A stretch of 64,000 nt of DNA from Geosiphon pyriformis uo1 (GCA_016748015.1 JAAOMT010000040.1:682001-746000); one strand, 5' to 3'; positions 41,054-54,856 are shown, numbered from the stretch's first letter. Made by a program: numbers and translations. The notes: generated from the letters alone by a model not told the origin.

Positions 41054-41855
41054 AACCAAAATAAAATCAAGTATTACAATTAATATAATTATAACAAAGA
41101 TAATATAAATAATAAAAAATTAGATTAAAGTTAATATCTTGTTTTTTATAAAAAAAATAAACTTTAAATTAAAAACATTATTTTAAAAAACAAAAAAAAA
41201 TACTTTAAAAAGATTGCTTATTTACATTTTGGTTATTTAAATAATAATAAAAAATGAATTTTATTATTAACTTTTTATTAAAAATTTTAAAATTTTTTAT
41301 AATAATAACAATTATATTATAACTAATTTTATTTAATTGCTTAAAAAGAAACTTTTATTAAAACTAAAAAAAAGAGTTAAAGATTGCTTAATATTTATAC
41401 TAAAAAAATATTTTAAAGAAATACTAATTAGCAGATTTTATTTATAAAAAAGCTTTTTAAATATTAAAGTTGGTAAAAATAATAAAATAAAAAAAATTTT
41501 TTTCATTTTTTATTTTAGTAACAAAAAGAAATTATAAGTTGCATAATATCAATAAAATTATTTATGTAATTTATTTTAGATTAATGTATTGTTTTTAAAC
41601 CAGAGACAAGATTCCAAAAAGATTTCTTACCATATTTTGATTAATAATCTTAAATAAATAACAGATTTATTATTTTTAAGTACAATTTTACCAAAAAAAA
41701 CACAAAAAACTTTCTCTCTTACCTCCACAAACCCTCAAAAAGTGCTTTTCTGATAAAAAAGTTTTTTTTATTTTTATTTCTCTTATTAGTATTTCACAAT
41801 TTCTCTTTCTAATAACCCATTTTTCGTGGATCTGGAGGCTGCCTTTAGTAGCAAC

Positions 41856-43710
41856 ATGTCTAAAAAAAAGGCACCAAAGGGTGCTTTTCATGGTCTTGCT
41901 GGTGGTTCCTTCTCACAGAAGAAGAAAGTTGTGCTTGAGAATGTCAAACACTCAGGTAATAAAAAGGATATTTCTCTAAACAGATCTGAGCTTGGTAACA
42001 ATGTGTACTCTGATGTGGATAGTGTGTCTGGTGATGAAAAAAGTACTAATATGACCAGCATTAATGTTGGGTTTCTTCTGGATTCTGCCGCCAATACTCT
42101 TAAAGCCAAGCGTGTCAATACTGGTGCTGTTTTTGGTTTACCTCTTGGTTCTCCTAATTTTGTCATGAATGATGATGAGGATGTCTCTTTTCCTTCTCAT
42201 CTTTCAATCTCTCTGAAAAAGAAATGGATTGACCCTAAAATTGTTAAGACCCAGGTTGAGGTGTTGGTTAAGAAATCATTTGCTTTGGACATTAATCTTT
42301 CAGCTGTAGAAGAGAAATCGGCTACATTAAAAACTCAGTTCATCAGAAAATTGTTTTCAAAAATCAATGATTTTGGGGGGGCCACTACCTTCTCAAAATT
42401 TGAAGGGATCATCCGATCAACGTTTACTTCTGAAGAAAGCTGTATCATTGGCTGAACAAGAAGAGATCGTCGTAAACAATGATGTGAGGAAACAAGGAAT
42501 TCATTCAGATTAAACCATAGTAATAAAAGAAATTCCCATGGATACACCAAAGGGAATGATTGTTGCAGCTCTTTCTGAGTTTGGTCAAGTGGTGTCGATT
42601 TAATTGCAACTCATTGGGCTGTGACAGAAGGCTGTAGTGGAGTTTGCTGAATCAAGTCAAGCAGATCTACTGGCAGCTAGGTGGTCATTCTTGATCGGAA
42701 AAGATTCAGTGCACATGGCCAAAGCTGTGGGAGATTGTGAGACATAGGCATCAAAGAATTGGTTCAGAGTGCTTTTGTTTACTTTGCCTGTGAGTACAAC
42801 TGCGCATGATCTTGGAAATCTTTTGGAAGGGGCTGGTGGGAAGATGTGTATCATTAATTGGTCATTGAAAAGTGGCAATAGGACTTGCTGTGCTGTGGTT
42901 GGCTTTGAGTCTGATAAAATATTGGAGTCGGCTTTTCACACGGTTCCAATTCTTGGTAGAGTAAAGCTTTCTTGGGCTAGATTGGGTCTTGTTCAGTGTG
43001 ATAGGTGTGGGAAGCTTGGTTATTCAGTTTTGGAGTGTGATGTTGAAATTGCTTCCACTCCCAAGCCTCCAAAATCATTTATAAAGTGGGTCACTTTGGA
43101 TGAGAATTGCCTCCAACTTGCCAAGTTGTATGTAAAAAAGAGTGTTCCCATTTTTTGCCCAGCTGCCTTTGGTGGTAAATCATGAGCTCAAGTTATTTCT
43201 TCTGCATCTATGTCTTCTGGTTTTTCTGTTGGTTTTGAATTGAGTCTCTCTTCTTCTGGTGGTTTGCTTTTTTCTACTTTTTCACTTAACTCTGCTTTAA
43301 ATGAACACTTGTCGTCTTTGGAATGATCTTTGGGGCTCCTGTCAGACCAAGTATCATGTATACTAAAATGCCTAGATGGTATCAGGTTGGTGCCTTTGGT
43401 GCCTGTTTCAGATGATACTCCAGCTGTGTCTGTCTCTTAACTTTTTGCTTCAGTACTGTTTGTGGTTGCAAATTCAAATTCTCTTTCTAATATGGTCTTG
43501 GATAGTCCAGATAGTCTTTCTAATACCCTCCTTCCTATTGCTACTGATAGTCCAGCTCTTGGCTCAAGCAGTTCTAAGGTCTTAACTTCCAAGTTGGACA
43601 GTCTTAAATCTAAATTTGTGGCTCTGGAAGTTTTGGTAAATTCTATTTTGGTGAAGTTTGATCAGTTGTTTGCTGGCTCAGGATCGTCATTGTTCTTCAA
43701 GTCTCAATGA
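41856..43710 (+). pseudogene. LINE ORF1 (nucleic-acid-binding, zinc knuckle)
   Basis: ATG at 41856 (MSKKKAPKG); CDRCGKLGYSVLEC is a CCHC knuckle with H>Y; several stops and at least one frameshift. Confidence 0.85.
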
Positions 43711-46700
43711 ACAGTTTGGTTTGAAAAGTTGCAATGTGTAATATTAGGGGAATGAACAATCCTGCAAAATAGGATGATATTATTTGTTGGCATAAAGAAA
43801 TGAACAATGTGATTTCAATTATTACTGAAACTAAGTTAAAAGATAAAGTCCATCCTTGGATCATGGACAAGTTTGATGGCATTCGGGTTTTTATTTCTGG
43901 TTTGGAATCTGGTCATCTGGGTTCCAGGTTTGTAATTATTATAAGCAATTTTTTGGCTCAGCATGTATGCAAGGTTTTGGATATTCTTGGCCGGCTTCTT
44001 TCTCTTAGGCTCCTTTTCAAAAATAATCTTTCTGTGTCAGTTTTGGGGCTGTATACTGGAGCTTCTCTGGTAGTTTGTTTCTTTCAGGCAGATAATGTTA
44101 ATTCTCTGATTGCAAAGGCAGTGAATGAGTCCTCTTTTGTCATTCTGAGTGGCGATTTCAATGAAGATAGTTCTCACAAAAGTGCAAGTTTCAAAAAATG
44201 TTTTGATTTAAGTTTGGTTAACTTCTTAGGTGGGAGCTCATATGGAAAAGAAGCTACGTGGAACAATTTTCGGGGAGTTGCCAAAACTATTGACTGTGTG
44301 TTTGTGTCGTCGAATCTTGTTAATGTGATTTTAGATCATAATGTGGCTGGCATTGAGGAGTTTTTTGATACTAATCATAGCACTGTTTTTGTTTCTGTGG
44401 GTCTTGGTGGTTTGCTGGATGTGCAATTAAACTTATTATGTAAACAAGCCAACAGAGATCATTGAAAGTTTGATGTTAATAATGCTAATAGGGTGAAATG
44501 ATGCAAATTTAAAGATGCAACAGCTGCTAATGCTGCTATGCTTTCAGATGACTTTGCTGTGGCTAAGAAATTCTCAGATATGGATTCAATGTAAGACATT
44601 GTTCGCAAAATTTTGGTTCTGTTGGCTGTTGGGACATTCAAAAAGAAGTGGTTTAAGGGTTTTGATTGTGTTTTTACCAAGATGTCTTCTAAGTTCTATA
44701 AGCTGAAGCTTCTGGTTTCCAAGCTGGTAAAGGCTTCTTGTGAGTCATCTAGTGACAATTTTGAGCGATTATTGGAAGCATGAATCAAAATTGACCCTGA
44801 TAGTGCTACAGTAACTTATTCTTTTTTTCTCTCAGATTTTAATTTTGATGCTGTCTGTTCTTTATTGGCTAAGGCTAGAAAATTTTACTGTTCCTCTAAG
44901 CTGCTGAAGTCCAGGCATGCTGAGGAATCTCAAATTAAACAAGCTATTGATAGAAGAATGGAGGGTTTTGAATTAGATAAAGGTCATACTATCAGGAGTG
45001 TTTTGGAGCGACCCTTTCGAAAAGTGGTTTTGGATCATCTGGTGGTTGACGAAGAGTTGATCTTGGAGCCTGAATTGGTTAAATCTAAGGTGGATGAAAT
45101 TATGGAGAGTTGGACTAGGAAGCATGCAGTGGTCTTTGACATCTCTAATAATTGGGCTTAACAATATTTGCCTTTAAGTTATGTTTTTGACAAAGCCTTT
45201 TCTGATGTGATGGGTTTGATTGATTTTGATGAAATGTCTACTGTCATTTCGAATTTGCCTAATAGAAAAGCGGCTGGTCTTTTTGGCATCTCAAATAAGT
45301 TGTAGAAACATTGTGATAAATCGGTTTTGGATATGCTTTTGGTGCTCTTAAATTTCTGTTTGGCTCATGAATCAGTGCTTGGGCCTTGGAAGAAAGCATA
45401 GGTCTCTATGATTCCCAAACCTTATGAATGGAAGGGCATTCTTACGAATACTTGTCCTATTGCTTTGATTGAAACAGCTTGCAAAGTTCTCTCCAAGATT
45501 CTTTCCGATAAGATCCCTCTAGCTTGCAGCAATTTTGACATTCTTTGTGGTGACAATTTCTCAGTTTTAAGAGGTACTTCAACTCATTCCCCTATTTTCA
45601 CTGTGGGTTTGGTAGTTGAGAATGCTTTGGAAAAGAACCAAGAGCTTTGGTTGGTTTTGCAGAACATGTGAAAAGCATATGATTCTGTTGGATGGGAGCA
45701 CCTTGAGAAAAGTTTAGTTAGAATCAAGATGTGTAGCAAGTTTATTTGTTTCTTTGGAAGTATTTATAGAGGTTGCACAAATCAGGTTATGACTGATTTT
45801 GGGCTAACTGATGAGTATCAGGTGCATGATAGTTTGGATCAAGGAGAGATCTTCTCTCTCCTCCTTTGGCACATATTTTACGATTCTCTTCTATGTGAAG
45901 TCAAATGACAGGAAAGTATGTGCGAATACAGATTAAACTTTTATTTCATCTTTAAGACTGGTCATGCTGAATCTAGGGCTGGACATTCTTTCTTTTTCGC
46001 TGTCGGTGCCTTTGTGGATGATACAATCTGAATTGGCAGCAGTCAGGTTGCCACTTAGCATATTCTTAATATGGCCAGTGAGTTTTTTCAGATAAATGAT
46101 ATATCTATTAATATTGATAAGACAGTTGCCATTCCAATCAATTGCCGAATCAATGCTCTATCTCTTTTCATTAGTGGTTCTCCAATCTCTATTGCTAAAA
46201 AAGGCAAATCTCATCATTATCTGGGTATTTTTCTGTCTACTAAAGGTCTTTCTAAACCAAGTTTGGCCAAAGCTCACACAGATGTTAGATTTTTTACCAA
46301 TCTTGTGCTGAAAAAGACCATTTCAGATAAACAGTTTTTTTATTTGGTTTCCTCAGTTCTTTATTCTATTGTTTGTTACAGAACTCAGTTCAGTTTTGTT
46401 CTCTTAAGTGTGTGTAACAAGTGGGATACTTTGATTTGTAAGGGTTTGAAATCGACATCTGGCCTGCCTCTTGACTTCTCCAATAATGCGTTTCATCATC
46501 CTTACTTGTATAGTTTTAAAACTTTTGAACAAATTCAGGCTAAAAGCAAGCTAGCTTCGATTGTAAGCTTTGCGAATTCTGTTGGTATTTTGGGTCGTCT
46601 ATTCTCTCACAGGGCACATGATTTACAAGTTCTCAGTTGGCATCCACTACATTCTTTGTGTTTTTTTATTCATGTTAAAATACCCTTTTTAAACAATTTC

Positions 46701-48392
46701 CTGGCTGGCATAGTTCGTGTTTTCCTCGATTATAATTTGTTTTTTAGCAATTCTATGGCCAGTGCTTTTCGTTTCTGGAATAGGACCCTCTTGTTAAGTG
46801 TTTTTGGTGAATCATGTTTCGTCAGTTGTCAGTTGTCACTATAACACTATGATATTGTTTTTGTGGAACAGCTTTTTTGTCATAATGGCTCAATTTTTGA
46901 TTGGCATACCTTCAAATGGTGAAAGAGATTAGACCTCTGTGGTTCCATTCCTTGCTGGTTTGATTTCACTGTTGATTTTCTTAGGCACTTGGCTTTGTTT
47001 TCTTCATCCTCTTATGTTGTGGACAATCTTGGACTTTTGAATATTTTGAAATCTAGTCAGTTTGACATGGTTTGCAATAATCTGCTTAGTGTGGAAGCTA
47101 ATAGTCTCTCTGTATACACAGATGGTTTTGTGGCTGGTCTGGGGACTACTGGCATGAAAGCTGGAGCTGCAGTCTTTTTTGAGAATGTTGGTATGGGTCT
47201 GGGAATTGAAGTTTCTGGTTTGGTTTCTTCAACTCTGGTGGAATTGCAAGCCATTGCCTTGGCTCTTGAGTGTGTTTTCCCTTCTAGTTCAGTCAATTTA
47301 TTTTCTGATAGTTAAGCTGCCTTGAATGCATGCAAACCGGAATTGGTTTTGGTACATTCAGATTTTCGTAATTGTTACTGAATTGAGCATTGTTACATAA
47401 AGAACATTATTCAGACTAAAAACTTGAATGTTGTCTGGTGTAAAGTGAAAGGTCATTCTGGTGTTTTAGACAATGATGTCACAGATATGCTTACAATTCA
47501 GCTTCTTCTTCTGAATGTTTTCTTTTTCTTTGTCTTAAAGAACATTTTATCTTGGCTGATGGCTGTGTCGTTTCCAGTAATACTAGGCATTTTGCTCGTG
47601 ATATCTTTCGGTCTATTCATCATGCGCATTGGGAAGTTAGTTCTGGTTTAAGGGTTGTTGTAGATAATTTGTTGGCTGATATAGATTGGTACAGGTCTTC
47701 TCTTGTGTGGCATCCCAACTTACACATGGCTGCTGGTTTTACAAGCAAATACACTGCTAGTGCTCACTCATATTTTATGAAGGCTCTATATTATTAGTTG
47801 TCAGTTGCTGTTTGTAAACATCTTTATGACAAGTGTTACCCTAGTGTAGTGTGTCTTTTTTGTGGTAATGTTAAGATTTCTGATCATGTGTTTATATGCA
47901 TTTCTGATATGGCTGTTCATGCTCATTTATTGGATTCTCATGCAGCTATCTGAAAGTCTCTCTCTGGTCTTATGTGGTCTTTTTTATGTCTTATGCAGTT
48001 AATGTCGCCTGGTGCTTCCAATGGGGTGGTGTTTACTGCTCTCTGTAAAGGTGTTGTTTTCAATGATTGGTTCCTAGAAGCTGTTTCCATTTTTGGTGAT
48101 TCTAAGATTGCAGGCCATTTGGTGATCGATTTTGTGTAGAACTTTTGTCTAGCTTTTAGAGAAAGTTTGGTTGGTCTGTGCTAAGCATCGCATTCTTATA
48201 AAGAAAAATAGATTGATTCCGAAGAATGGTTCTATGTCTGTTTTTGTGTCTGGGTTTTCTACTACTTTTTCTGCTAGTGTGGTTAAGTTATTAAGTATAT
48301 CTGAAGCTTTTGGTATTAGTTCTGGGTTGTGTAAAACTTGTTTGTTTTTTTCTGGCATAGGGAATCTAGTTTCTGTTCATATAGACATTTAG
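43707..48392 (+). pseudogene. LINE ORF2 polyprotein: AP endonuclease, reverse transcriptase, RNase H, C-terminal CCHC
   Basis: CNIRGMN, ITETKL, GDFN, IDCVFVS (endonuclease); NTCPIALIE, KAYDSV, LDQGE, AFVDDT, YLGI (RT); VYTDG, ELQAI, FSDS, KVKGHSG (RNase H); CLFCGNVKISDHVFIC. Confidence 0.93.
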
Positions 48393-48699
48393 TGTTGTCC
48401 TGATTGGCCTGAGTGGCTGGTCACGTGTAAAAAAAGCATGATTCACACTTAGTTTAGATTATTTAGTTTGATGTATTGTACTAAGTATTGTTTGGATCTC
48501 GCTCATTAAAACATAAAAAAAAAAAAAATAATCTTTAAATTCTGTATAATAAGTTAATGATTAACAAAGTAAACTGCTAAAGTTTTCAAGCATTAGATCA
48601 AAAAAAATTGATAGTGTGTTCTTTGAACAAACACTTTATAAGCACTCATTCGTGTAAAAATTTCATGTATGGTATCATAAACATAAGCTTTACAATTCT

Positions 48700-49030
48700 G
48701 ATGATAAATAAAAGTGGACATAAGATATATTAGTAAACAAGATTTGAATTATGTGATTGGTACTCTCTTAGACACCAATGATAATAATCCCTAAAGAAGC
48801 AATATACCAGAAAGATAACACTTCAATTCATGAGTGCAGGCTTTGAAAGAACTCCAAAATAATCTTGGAATTGTTGCTTTGAAATGGCCTCCGCAATAGC
48901 CAAATCTTAGTCTAATAGAAAATATGTGAAGGGAAGTTAAAAATTCGATTTAGCAAAAGAACCAGAAGCCATAACAGAAGCTAACTTGAAAGCAGGTAGT
49001 CTTTATTGCATGGAATGCTATTCCATTAGA
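48700..49030 (+). mobile_element. Tc1/mariner transposase C-terminal relic (third copy, no TIRs seen)
   Basis: YQKDNTSIH at ~48805 and KWPPQ*PNLSLIENM*REV at ~48881-48940; boundaries approximate. Confidence 0.75.
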
Positions 49031-51320
49031 GACAATTATGATTTGAGTTATCATTATCAATCTCGAGAAAATCATCCTAATTCTGTGTGACCTGTTTGTA
49101 CACATGTCTTAACACTTAATGTTTTGACTAAGATTATGCTAATGATTGTATAAATGAATAACAGCTATAACTGGACTATTTTTCCTTCCAAGAAAATTCA
49201 TCGTTTTTTTTTTAATGTGGATCTCGTTCTTTTCACTGTTTGCTAATTTAAAAAATTATAACAAACTATTAAGATTTTATTAAAAATTTGTTAAAATGGT
49301 TTTAAAAAAACTTTTGTAAAAATTAAATAATATAATTATTTAAAAATCGTATTTATTATTGTAATTGCTTTTTAAAATACTAAATTTTTAAATATTTTAC
49401 AAAATTAAAAGAGTGATATCATATTTTAAAAACAATAATCATTCAAAATATTCATAATAAACGACAAATTATTTTAGCTTTGAAAATTTGAAGTTAAACC
49501 ATTTAAAATTACAATCAAGTTTATAATTTTTCATTATAACTTTTTATCAAATTGATAATACAAATAAAAGTTTTGAATTATTAAAATAAATTTATTTTTT
49601 GAAACTTTTTTATTTACTAACGTATTTCATGTTAATTTATTCAAATTTGTTATTTGCACAATTAAAATTTTAGCAGCTTAAAAATAAAAACTTGTACACT
49701 TAATCATATATTTTAAACCAATTATTTGTTTTTATTTTAATTCTATAAACATTATAATATTTAATAATAATAAGATTAGATATTTTGAATTTAAAAATAA
49801 TTATATTGAATAAAATAAATACAAACCAAATTTCAAAAAACTTTGATTTTTAATTAAATCTTTGAACAATTATAATTCATTCTTTAAAAAATTCATACAG
49901 TTATGTATCAAAAGCTGAAATAATAAATAACAAGAAATTTAGTTTTAATTGTAATAAAATTTAAGTTACTGGGTTTGAAACTGTATTTTAAGAATTTAAA
50001 TAACAAATATTATTTCAAGTTAAGAATATTTGACATATTTTTTATATAAAACCTTAACATATTTAAAGCAATTTTCATCAACTGTTACTTGTTAAATTGT
50101 TATTGATGTAATTGTTTTGATTGATATCTAATTTTCTATTCATTATATGAATACTGCTTTTATTTTTTTCAAAGTAATTGATAACTATTTAATTTTTTTA
50201 AGCATAATACTATTTTTATAAATTTTTATTTATTCTTACTTAAAGAGTTAATTTTCATTATTTTTTTGTGTATATTTACCATAAAATTTCTGCGTACAAA
50301 TATTGTGCTTATTTTGATTTATTGTACTCTTTTATATATAGTATTTTTTTTACAAGAAAAATGTATTATATCTAGAGTGTTTGAAACCACTTTTTATAAT
50401 ATATACAATTTTTTTTTTAGTTTATTGTAAGCATATTTTTAACCGTATAAATATTTAAAAATAAATAAAAAATTCAAAACATTAATGATAAACCATATTC
50501 AGACTGATTTTGAATTTATTTCATCAATTCAATTTAGAAAATATTTAAATGCTGTTCAAATCAAAAAAAATAAGCCATTTCTTTATTTGGGATTGATAAA
50601 AGATAATATTATTAAAAAAATTGGTGCACATAAAAAGTTATGCCAAAAATTAAATTTGAAAATGACAAAATAATTATTAAAATAACCGATGATATTGGAA
50701 ATTTTTGTAAAATTGATGAATAAATGCTATAATTTGAAGAAACATAATTTACATTTAAATAATTAATAAAAAATAATAATTTTAATTAATCAATGTCCAT
50801 TAAAACTCAACCTTTTTTTTAAAAAAAAACCAGTCTGGAATTGAATAGGCTGTATTAAATTTTTCCCATTAATCTTTGGATGGTTAATACCACAAATTTC
50901 TTAATTCAAAAACAGGATTGTCACAATCATTTTTGCACTCAATTATTAATTCACATTAACACGAAATAATATTGGGAAAATAAAGCTCAGTAAGTTTTGA
51001 CCTGGCTTGCTAAATAAAATTCTAATTTTCTTGTTTTTGGGTCAATCGGTTTTATAGAAATACTTGGAAATTTTAGGACCTACAAAAAATATCAGACAAG
51101 TTTGGCATTATTTTAACGGAAAAATCATGGCCATCACATGAAAACAAAAGATTAGCTTGATAAATATTTAAAGTAATATTGACAAGATTTGAAACAATTG
51201 GTTCCATATAAATGAAAAAGCTTCTCAGTGATCAAACTATAGAAATGAAGGTTTGAGTTATTGCTTTGTTCCTTCTCATTTTTCTTTCCCCCGATTTTGA
51301 AAATTTTATTAGAAAAAAAA

Positions 51321-53599
51321 ATGGAAAAACATCACCAATATTCAAACGATGATGACAGTGACCATTTCGGGCGAACTAATAAGAAGGAAACACTAACCGA
51401 GTTTCTAAGATCAACCCAATTTGACTCATCCTCCAAGAATGAGCCAAATTTCACTCAGATACAAGAAGATACGCGCCTTTTGGACAAAAATTTGAGACGG
51501 AAACTCGATTGGCGTATAGTACCTATTACTACTTCGATCTATTTTTTGTGTTATTTAGATAGGTTGGTTGGCGCTCGTTGACGTGTTCAATGAAATAAAA
51601 AAATGATTTGAACATTTTGTGGGTTGGTTCATTCAAATCATAAATTTATATATTTAATGTCGTCCTGCAATTTTTTCATTTTGGTTTAAATGAAACTCCA
51701 ACAGAGTAAATGTTGGTAATGCAAAGTTAGCCAACCTTGAAGATGATTTAAATTTAACAAAAGACCAGTTCAATATTGCGCTAAGTATCTATTATGTGTG
51801 AGTTAATCTGCTGTCTCTTCTGACATCCTCAAAATCTCTATTCGCTAATTTAATATTTAATTAAAAAAATAAAGCGGGGCTCTTCTCGTGGAGGTATTTC
51901 CAAAGTATTCCAATAAATGATCATTATTCTATTAAAACAATTCCTTAATCATATTTCTCCGTAGATTCCTTTCAACATATTACTTATAAAGGCAGGTCCA
52001 ACAATTTGGCGTGAGTTTAAATGTATTCGTTTTTGATGAGATTTTTTGAGAAGTTTAACTTGTAATATTTTTGTTTTTCTCTGAATTATTTAGTCTCAAC
52101 ATTGATGTTTTCATGGGGAGTAGTGACCACAATGATGTCGTTGGTAAATGGATTTAAATAATCATTTAGGTGTCGTTCAATTTTCTCAACGTCTGCTTAA
52201 CAAGCATTTTTTTATCGAAGGTAACAAATATAAATGGCCTCCTAACTGCAAGGTTCTTTCTCGGTATAGCCGAGGGTGGCTTGTTTCCGGGCATTGTATA
52301 TTTCTTGACTCTCTGGTATAAACGCTGTGAACACAATTTAAGAATTGGACTTTTCTTTTCTGGTGCTTCTCTTGCGGGAGCAGCTGGTGGTCTGCTAGCA
52401 TATGCTATTATGCAATTAGATGGACTAGCTGGTTTCCATTCTTGGCAATTGGTAAAGGAGGTTACATTAAGATACTTTCCAGATGATTTATGTGACTTTA
52501 TGACTTTCCTCTTTTTTATGAAAACCTCTAGATTTTCCTTTTCGAAGGCCTATTGACTATTTTGATGGCCTGCGCCGGATTTTTTGTGATCCCTAGTTCA
52601 CCAACCAAGATATCTTGGCTAACTCCAGAGGAACAAAAATATGCAGCTCAAAGAATGAAGAATGATGATGGCCAAGGTCATATTACCAAATTCCAAAAAG
52701 CTCACGTCTTGGATGCATTCAAAGATTGGGTAAATTTATCTGGGAGATTAACCTTTTGCTTTCACTTTAGGTCTTAATCTAGCTAATCAATATAAACAAC
52801 CCACAGAAAATATATCTTACATTTATCGCGCAAACTGGAACTATGATCTCCGTCGCCTCTTTTTCTTTTTTCTTACCATCAATTATAAAAGGGCTTGGAT
52901 TTTTTGACGGTATACATTAAACAAGTTAATATCTTCTTAAAAGTATGTTTGCTAAAATTCTCAAAATTTGGGTACTAGTAACTGCCCAACTCCTCACCAT
53001 CCCACCATACGTATGTGGACTTATTACGACTGTCTTGATCGCTATATATTCAGACCGTAAATGTCTACGCAGTCCTTTTATTATTTTTGGAACGATTTTG
53101 GCGGCCTTTGGTTATATTCTTCTAATTTTTCTCGACTCAATCCCAGGTAAATTGCGAAATTTAGCAGCCTGCAAATTATTTAGTATCAAATTACTCATAT
53201 TTAAATGTTGTATTCACAGGAAAATATGTGGCTGCATGCCTTGTTATTAGTGGTAGTTTCCCCTCTATAGCAACAACGGCAACATTTGTTTCCAATAATT
53301 TTGCTCCACATGTAAAACGAGCAGTATGTATCGGAATAATGGCGGCAGGATCTAATTTAGGTGGTATTATAGGGGGCCAAATTTATCGTAAAGCTGATGA
53401 ACCTCGCTATTTGGTCGGTCATACGATTGCGGCCTCGTCTCTTGGAATATCATTGATTTCTACAGTTCTTTTACTCTTTTATTTCATGCATATCAATAAG
53501 ATCAAACGTGAGAATCCAGAAAAAATTCTTCAAATGTTGAGTGAAGAAGAAATTAAAAATTTGGGAGATAGACATCCAGGATTTATTTATACATATTGA
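51321..53599 (+). CDS. MFS transporter, anion:cation symporter family (Tna1/Dal5-like carboxylate or vitamin permease), about 10 exons
   Basis: RKLDWRIVP, YLDRVNVGNAK, RFFLGIAEGGLFPG, YFLTLWYKR, WQLIFLFEG, AQLLTIPPY, YSDRKCLRSPF, LGDRHPGFIYTY; GT-AG introns including a 19-nt microexon. Confidence 0.93.
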
Positions 53600-54856
53600 T
53601 TTCAAGTGTGATACCTTCTAATTTTACAAGCTAATAGTGAGAAAACTTTGAGGGTATATTTTAATTTTAATTTTCGAAGAGATTTTAAAGTTTTGTACTA
53701 GATTCATAATATTTCAAAAACAATTAAAAAGTTTTCATTAAATAACCAATTGGTATTATTGCAGAAGCTTAAGCTTAAAAAACGTAAGATTAAAATAATT
53801 CTTAAAAAAACATGTGTAATCTTATTATTCAATTTCCTCCATGAAAAAAATTTAGCACCTTAAAATATACTGCTCCTGAATCCTTAAAAACAAAGGCCAT
53901 AAAAAGTGGAACAGCTATTAATCTGACTTAATATTAAGCATACTTGATTTAAAATATAAAAAAGGTAAAAAGCTTAAAAAATAGCTTTACAACCTATTAA
54001 ACTTTACATGGAAGGAATCGTTGTATACAAAATGATTGCAAATTTTTCTACCAAAAACTACTTAAAAAGGTTTGCCAAGAATTTATAAATAAATAAATAT
54101 TATTATCTGACAACAATGAACATAATTAAATTCGATTCCTAACATAGACTTTAGCGTGCAATATCAATATTTTAACTTTATTTAAAAACAAAAATAAATT
54201 CAAAAGATCATAAAGTTTTCTGCGCCTCCTGGGTTTCTCTTTCATAAGCTATTTTTTATATTTTAAGATTTTAAATCTAGTTTCCAAAATGAAAATGAAA
54301 TAAAATTTTATGGTGTGCAAGTTTTCAATATACATTTTTACTTTTTCAAAAAAATAAATTTGAAGTGAAAAAAATTATTATTTTTTCAAAAATCTCCATG
54401 TTTCAATTAGAGTTACATATTTTTTAAATACTTTTAAAATTTCAGAATTTAGGTTTCTTCAGAATTTAAATCAAGATTATCAAGACAAGTTTTATTTGCT
54501 TCAAAATTTGAATATTAAACTTTTTAAAGTAAGCTTCAATAAATGTGTTATTTCAAAAAACAATTTTTGCTTTATATAAATTTCTTTGGTTGAATTATTT
54601 TAAATAGATATTTGGGATATTTTAAAATAATTCCTTTAATAAATATTTTTAAAATTTAAAATTTTGAATACAGCCCCCATTAAACTTGGGTATATTTGAA
54701 GTAATATTAAGAGAGACTTTCACTTGAATTTTTAAATATATTTTGGCAAAACCACTTTTTTGTAAAATTAATAGTTTTGTTAAACATTTGTTTTAGAAAG
54801 GTATTAAAATATACAAAATCGCAACTTGCATATTACTAAATCTTATCAAGAGATTA

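Larger units (their letters stand above)
41656..48528 (+). mobile_element. Near full-length non-LTR retrotransposon (ORF1; ORF2 APE-RT-RNase H-CCHC; poly(A) tail), inactivated by stops
   Basis: Two long interrupted ORFs, 3' UTR, poly(A) at 48515-48528; possible TSD taatctt(t)aaat at ~41645 and 48529; 5' boundary uncertain. Confidence 0.93.

Noticed and set aside
42455-48170. In-frame TGA at Trp positions as evidence of an alternative genetic code
   Set aside because: TAG and TAA also occur at Trp/Gln positions, TGG is used widely, and host genes end in TGA; these are G>A/C>T lesions
48400-48450. tRNA A-box-like tggcctgagtgg in the LINE 3' UTR
   Set aside because: No cloverleaf or convincing B-box; no tRNA or rRNA gene is supported anywhere in the window
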